From the NCBI RefSeq assembly GCF_036321535.1, contig NC_087459.1, forward strand, positions 27,838,001 through 27,902,000: DNA of 64,000 nucleotides. Reading direction: 5' to 3'. Origin of the DNA: Camelus dromedarius. Lineage: Eukaryota. Shown in pieces: positions 59,480 through 64,000 of the stretch. The notes beneath the pieces are model-generated. The model was not told the origin of the DNA. It saw only the letters and a program-made list of their open reading frames with translations, and did not search any database. The position numbers and the translations under genes are program-made. Positions within the stretch are counted from its first letter, which is position 1. The number at the start of each line of letters is the position of its first letter.

Positions 59480-62118
59480 ATGGCGGCTGCGGCGGTGGCG
59501 GCCCCTGAGGTCCTTCGGGAATGCGGCTGCAAGGGCATCCGGACCTGTCTGGTCTGCGAGCGCCAGCGCGGAGGTGACCCGCCCTGGCAGCACCCCCCGC
59601 AGGTGAGGGCTGGGAGAGAGGCCACACCTATAACTAACGCCATTCTTCATCCGGGGAAACTGAGGCCGGGGATGGCCCTGAAAGACGGGCTCCGGATCAA
59701 ACCGTGTCAGTGGCCCTGGCCCTGGAGGCGTTGTGGGGAGAGGAGATGAGAGCTTTGAGGAGTGGGCTTTCAGTGGGGAAGGGGCTGAGACGAGGGTGCA
59801 GTCCGACCACAGCTCACCTCTGGAACCTGTCTGACAACAAACGTAGCCCCCATGTCTGGGGTTGAGAGCTTCAGGGGCCATGGGGAGACGACGTGGGGAG
59901 AGTAGAAGGTGCCGAAAACCAGGGCGAAGGGCCCCACGAGGCCTTAGACGAAAATGGGCAAAGAGGAAATTAATTCCAATGACTTAACGAAAAAGGACTC
60001 AGAGCCTCTTGAGTGGAGCAAGGGCGCTCCAGCTGGGGAATTGCTTGAGCCAAGGCCTGGGGAAGGTGAGTGATGCTTCAGACGACGGGGGGGTGAGTCC
60101 AGCCTACCTACTACTGTGGTCAAGTAGGCTGGACTGGTCCTGAGGGCCTTGGTGAGCTCTTGAGGGTTTTAAAGGAAGTTACATGTGAATTTTAGGAAGA
60201 TCCTGGGAGCGGGAAGGAGGGATAGGAAGGAAAGGAGGCTGGGAAGCCAGTGGAAACTCAGTGTCCATGATAAAAGCTGGGAAGGTCCTGTGGAAAACAA
60301 TGGCAGTTCCTCAGAAAATTAAAAGTAGAGCTACTCTGTGATCCAGCAATCCCACTCCTCGGTGTGTACCCAAAAGAATTGAAAGCAGGATCTTGAGACA
60401 TCTGTACACCCATGTTCATAACAGAGTTACAACAGCTAAGAGGTGGAAGCAACCCAAGTGTCCACGGACAGATGAAAANNNNNNNNNNNNNNNNNNNNNN
60501 NNNNNNNNNNNNNNNNNNNNNNNNNNNNNNNNNNNNNNNNNNNNNNNNNNNNNNNNNNNNNNNNNNNNNNNNNNNNNNNNNNNNNNNNNNNNNNNNNNNN
60601 NNNNNNNNNNNNNNNNNNNNNNNNNNNNNNNNNNNNNNNNNNNNNNNNNNNNNNNNNNNNNNNNNNNNNNNNNNNNNNNNNNNNNNNNNNNNGCCAGTGG
60701 CAGGGAGGTGTTGTTTAACAGGTAGAGTTTTAGTTTTGCAAGATGAAAAAGTTCTGGAGACTGGTTGCACGACAATGTGGATATACTTAACACAGTGAAC
60801 TATATGTTTAAAAAATGGCTAAGAAGGTAAATTTTATGTATACAATATATGTGGTTGTATATATTTTACTACAATTAAAAACTTAAAAAAAAAAAAAGTT
60901 TTTCAGGCCTTGCCAAAAGTCTGAACTGTGCCTGTGGGCAGGGGTGTGGAGGCTCAAGGCACCAAGGGGGTAGCATCTTCCTGACCTGACGGCTAAGGAA
61001 CGAGTGAAATATGCAGGGTGACTCCTTACTTTTTGTGTGTCCCGCCAGGGGACAGAGGATGTGATGGTTCAGAGATAGGCGGGGGTGCTGGCAATGCCTG
61101 TAGAACATAAAGGGGAGGAAGCCGACTTCCTGGGGCAGGGGCCCCCTCAGACTGCAATGTAGGTCCGACAAAGTTATGGCCAACCTAACCAGAAGCTCTG
61201 GAGCAAAGGCTACCTGGTAGGCAGTCCCAGGTTGGGCAGAAATGGCCAGGCTCATGCTGGGTCACTGGCTGGAGGCTCAGGATGAAGGTGGCCTCTGCTG
61301 GAAACTGGAGGCAGCTCCTGAAGGCCCTGCCGCAGGAGGTCGTCAGCCCGAGCCCAGCACTCCTCAGGGGGGACTGGCAAGTTCTGCTCTTTATTGAAGG
61401 GAAACTCAGGCAGTGCCTGTGGCTTCCATAATGTAGATTGGGGCCCAGAGACACCCCCACTGTAGCCGGAAAGAGCTCCCAGCATGCGCTCCTCACCCCC
61501 TGAACACTCCTGGGGCCTTATTTCTCGAACTCCTGGTCAGGGCCAGTTACTTTCTCACAGTCCTCTCCTTTCATCCTCACCAGCCTGGAGAGGACAGAAG
61601 GTACCTCACAGCAACACAGGAGCCCTGTGGCCTTGAAGGCTGCTCCCCAGCTATGCAGCCTTGGGCTAGTTCCTTAACTGCTGAGCCTCAGTGGCCTCAT
61701 CTGTAAAATGGAGAATGTAAGAATGGTTATGGGACACTTCCCTTTTACAGATGAGGGATGTAGGAAGTGGGGGAGCTGGGGGCCTTTCCCAGGAGGTGGC
61801 CCAGGCCAGGGGTCCCACCTCCCTCTAGACTCCAGCTGCCCTGTAAAGTGTGCAGGGAGGGTGAACTGCTGGGCGGGGGCTGTTCCTTGGGCTTACACGA
61901 CCCCTGCCTTTCTTTTGCAGAAAACACACCGGTTCATTTACTATGCTGACACTGGCTGGGCCGTGGGGGCTGAGGAATCTGACTTTGAAGGCTGGGCCTT
62001 CCCCTTCCCAGGCGTGACACTGATTGAGGACTTCGTGACTCAGGAGGAAGAAGCCGAGATGGTGCAGCTGATGGACTGTGAACCCTGGAAGCTCTCACAG
62101 TCTGGGCGGAGGAAGCAG
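59480..62118 (+). CDS. ALKBH4: Alpha-ketoglutarate-dependent dioxygenase alkB homolog 4, exons 1-2 (partial; exon 3 beyond the window)
   Basis: Exons 59480-59602 and 61921-62118. MAAAAVAAPEVLRECGCKGIRTCLVCE (N-terminal Cys cluster), FPFPGVTLIEDFVTQEEEAEMVQLMD..WKLSQSGRRKQ; donor CAG|GTAGG at 62119. Confidence 0.95.
60285..60897 (+). mobile_element. L1 (L1MB-like) 3' end with poly(A), interrupted by the N gap
   Basis: TGTGGAAAACAATGGCAGTTCCTCAGAAAATTAAA..TGATCCAGCAATCCCACTCCTCGGTGTGTACCCAAAAGAATTGAAAGCAGG..GATGAAAAAGTTCTGGAGA..A-tail at about 60886-60897. Confidence 0.85.
60479..60692. other. Assembly gap (214 N) inside an L1 3' fragment
   Basis: Run of N with colinear L1 3' sequence on both sides. 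Confidence 0.98.
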
Positions 62119-62479
62119 GTAGGCCAGCCCAGAGCTTGGGGAGGAGGGCTGGGCCAGCCAGAGAGGACAGTCGTGCCGCAGGGCCCTTTCAGGCTCCTGA
62201 CCCTGGGGCCCCTTTGCCCCCCCTTCCTCTTAGTGCCCTCCTCTGCGGCCAACCCCCAGCCCCCAGGGCCGTTAGGGGCCAAGCAGCGGTGCCTCTGCCG
62301 CGGTGCCTGCGCTGTGCCCACGCCGCCGTCTCGCCTGTGCCCAGCTCCTCTCCCAGCCCCACGCAGCTGCATGCTGCATGCCGACCCCTCTTATGCGGCC
62401 TTGTGTCTCCTTAAGATAGGCTTGCCTCGACTGGACCTTTCCCACTGGCCTCCCAGCAAGTTCCATCTCTCTTGTCTCT

Positions 62480-63050
62480 GTAGCAGAACTTCTCAAAAGT
62501 TATTCTCTTTGATTCCTCTCCTCCTGCTCCCACTCGAAAACTGCTTCCACTGCTGACCCCCACGCCCTAAACCCAGAGGCCTGTTCTCGGGCTCAGTCCT
62601 TGGGCCTCCCCCGTCCTTCTCCAGACACTCCCTTGCTGGTTTTCGTGAGGCCCGGCTTCACACATCGGCGTGTTCAGGACTTTGTGTTCCTGTCTCCAGC
62701 ACCCCCACGTCTCCTATTTGTCGGACCCTAAGCTGAGCTGTGGCCCTTCTCCCACAGCAGCGCCCCCATGCCGTGTCTCCTTGTCGGCAAGTTCCATCTT
62801 CCAGCTGCTCAGGCCAGAGACCGTGGATCTTTCCTGATTTCTCTGTCTCTCACTGGTGATTCCTGTCAGCTCTTTCTTTCTGAATCTGAGAACATACACC
62901 CCAGGCCACCGCCAGCACCTGCTGCAGGTGTGTCCTGCGCAGACCTCGCCCCTCCTCAGGCGGCTTCAGTAGGGAGCAAGTGACCCCACTGACATCTCGT
63001 CACTGCTCTGTTACAGACCCTTCAGGCCTCTCATCCCAACACTGCTGAGG
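62480..63050 (+). mobile_element. L2 LINE fragment in ALKBH4 intron 2
   Basis: Pyrimidine-rich L2-like blocks such as CCATCTTCCAGCTGCTCAGGCCAGAGACC and TTCTGAATCTGAG; degraded, bounds approximate. Confidence 0.4.
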
Positions 63051-63254
63051 GGTCCGTGTGGCCTGCAGGAGCCCGCGGGCCCTGGCGCTGAGCCATGCAG
63101 AGATGGAGAAAGACTGCCACCAGGTGGAGCCAGCCTCCAGCCTCTGCTGGAGGGGGACCCCAGGGGGCCGTGGTCGGCAAATAGATGCGCCCCTCTTTTA
63201 CCCTTCGGGCCACAGATCTGAGGTGAATTCTACAAGGCTCCCTCCTCCCAAATG

Positions 63255-63800
63255 TTTTTTGGTTTTGTTTCCTTTTTTAGATAGAAGCCACATACCATAA
63301 AATTCACCCATTTCAAGTGTATAATTCAGTGGCTTGGTTTTCAGTAAAGCCACAGTGTTGTGCAACCACCACCCACTGTCTAGTTCTGGAACATTCTCTT
63401 CACCCCAAAGGAAACTGGTACCTATTAGCAGTCATTCCCCATTCCGTCATCACCCAGCCACCACTAGTCTTCTTTCTGTCTCTGGGGATTTGCCTCTTCT
63501 GGACAGTCATATGAACAGGATTATGGAACATGCGACCCTCTGTGTAGGTGTCTTCCACTGAGTGTAACGCTTTTAGGGTTCGACACTTTGCAGCCTATGT
63601 CAAGGCTTTACTGCTTTTTGTGGCTGAATATTCCATTGTATGGATAGATGACTCTGTTCATCATTCATCCTTGGTGGACACTTTTTGGCTGTTGTGAACA
63701 GTGCTGTGAACATTCGAGTACAGATTTCTGCATGGGCTTGTGTTTTCAGTTCTCTTGGGTGTGAAGCTAGGAGTGGATCCGCTGCTAGGTCCTGTGGAAA
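63255..63800 (-). mobile_element. L1 (L1MB-like) 3' fragment
   Basis: CATACCATAAAATTCACCCATTTCAAGTGTATAATTCAGTGG..TTGTGCAACCACCACC..GCTGAATATTCCATTGTATGGATA..TGTGAACAGTGCTGTGAACATTC. Confidence 0.85.
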
Positions 63801-64000
63801 CTGTTCTCCCTTGTGGTCCTAAAGCCCAGTCATGCCCAGTGGTGGCCAGTTGGGTGGTGCTGCCTGGGGCTGGCCTTCCCTGCCTCGCTGCTCTTTCTTC
63901 CCGGGTCCCGACTCCTCCCGGGGACACTGCCTGCACACGGGTTTCTTGTCTCTAGCTCCACTTCCTGCAGTACCTGGGCTGAGACCTCCCCCTGACACTT

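Noticed and set aside
59153-59749. Long ORFs extending ALKBH4 and LRWD1 N-termini across the shared promoter
   Set aside because: They begin at GTG or other non-preferred starts in CpG-island DNA, where stops are rare. The downstream ATGs match the known N-termini and have good Kozak context.
61708-62556. 282-aa ORF spanning ALKBH4 exon 2
   Set aside because: Only 61921-62118 resembles ALKBH4 and it has good splice sites. The upstream part begins in a MIR and the downstream part is low-complexity intronic read-through.

Overview
This is GC-rich mammalian genomic DNA, not microbial. A tRNA-Ala-derived SINE resembling camelid Vic-1 (45199-45339) suggests a camel, llama or alpaca genome. Five genes were reconstructed exon by exon from GT-AG splice sites, reading-frame continuity and my recollection of the orthologous proteins: UPK3BL-like uroplakin (+, 6 coding exons, 253 aa), RASA4/CAPRI (+, 21 exons, 802 aa), POLR2J/RPB11 (+, 4 exons, 117 aa), LRWD1/ORCA (-, 14 visible exons plus one inferred inside a 143-N gap) and the first two exons of ALKBH4 (+, truncated by the window end). 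LRWD1 and ALKBH4 share a bidirectional CpG promoter, and POLR2J and LRWD1 are tail-to-tail. Intergenic and intronic DNA is filled with MIR, L2, L1, MaLR/ERV LTRs and hAT MITEs. Nearly all ORFs in the six-frame track are chance ORFs or exon read-throughs. I found no convincing novel gene system. The best leads are regulatory or isoform-level: a tandem GRHL-like site upstream of UPK3BL, an intact solo LTR upstream of RASA4, a bidirectional poly(A) element, in-frame stop-free terminal introns and a miR-1302-like MER53. Repeat family names and ortholog comparisons are from memory, not database searches.
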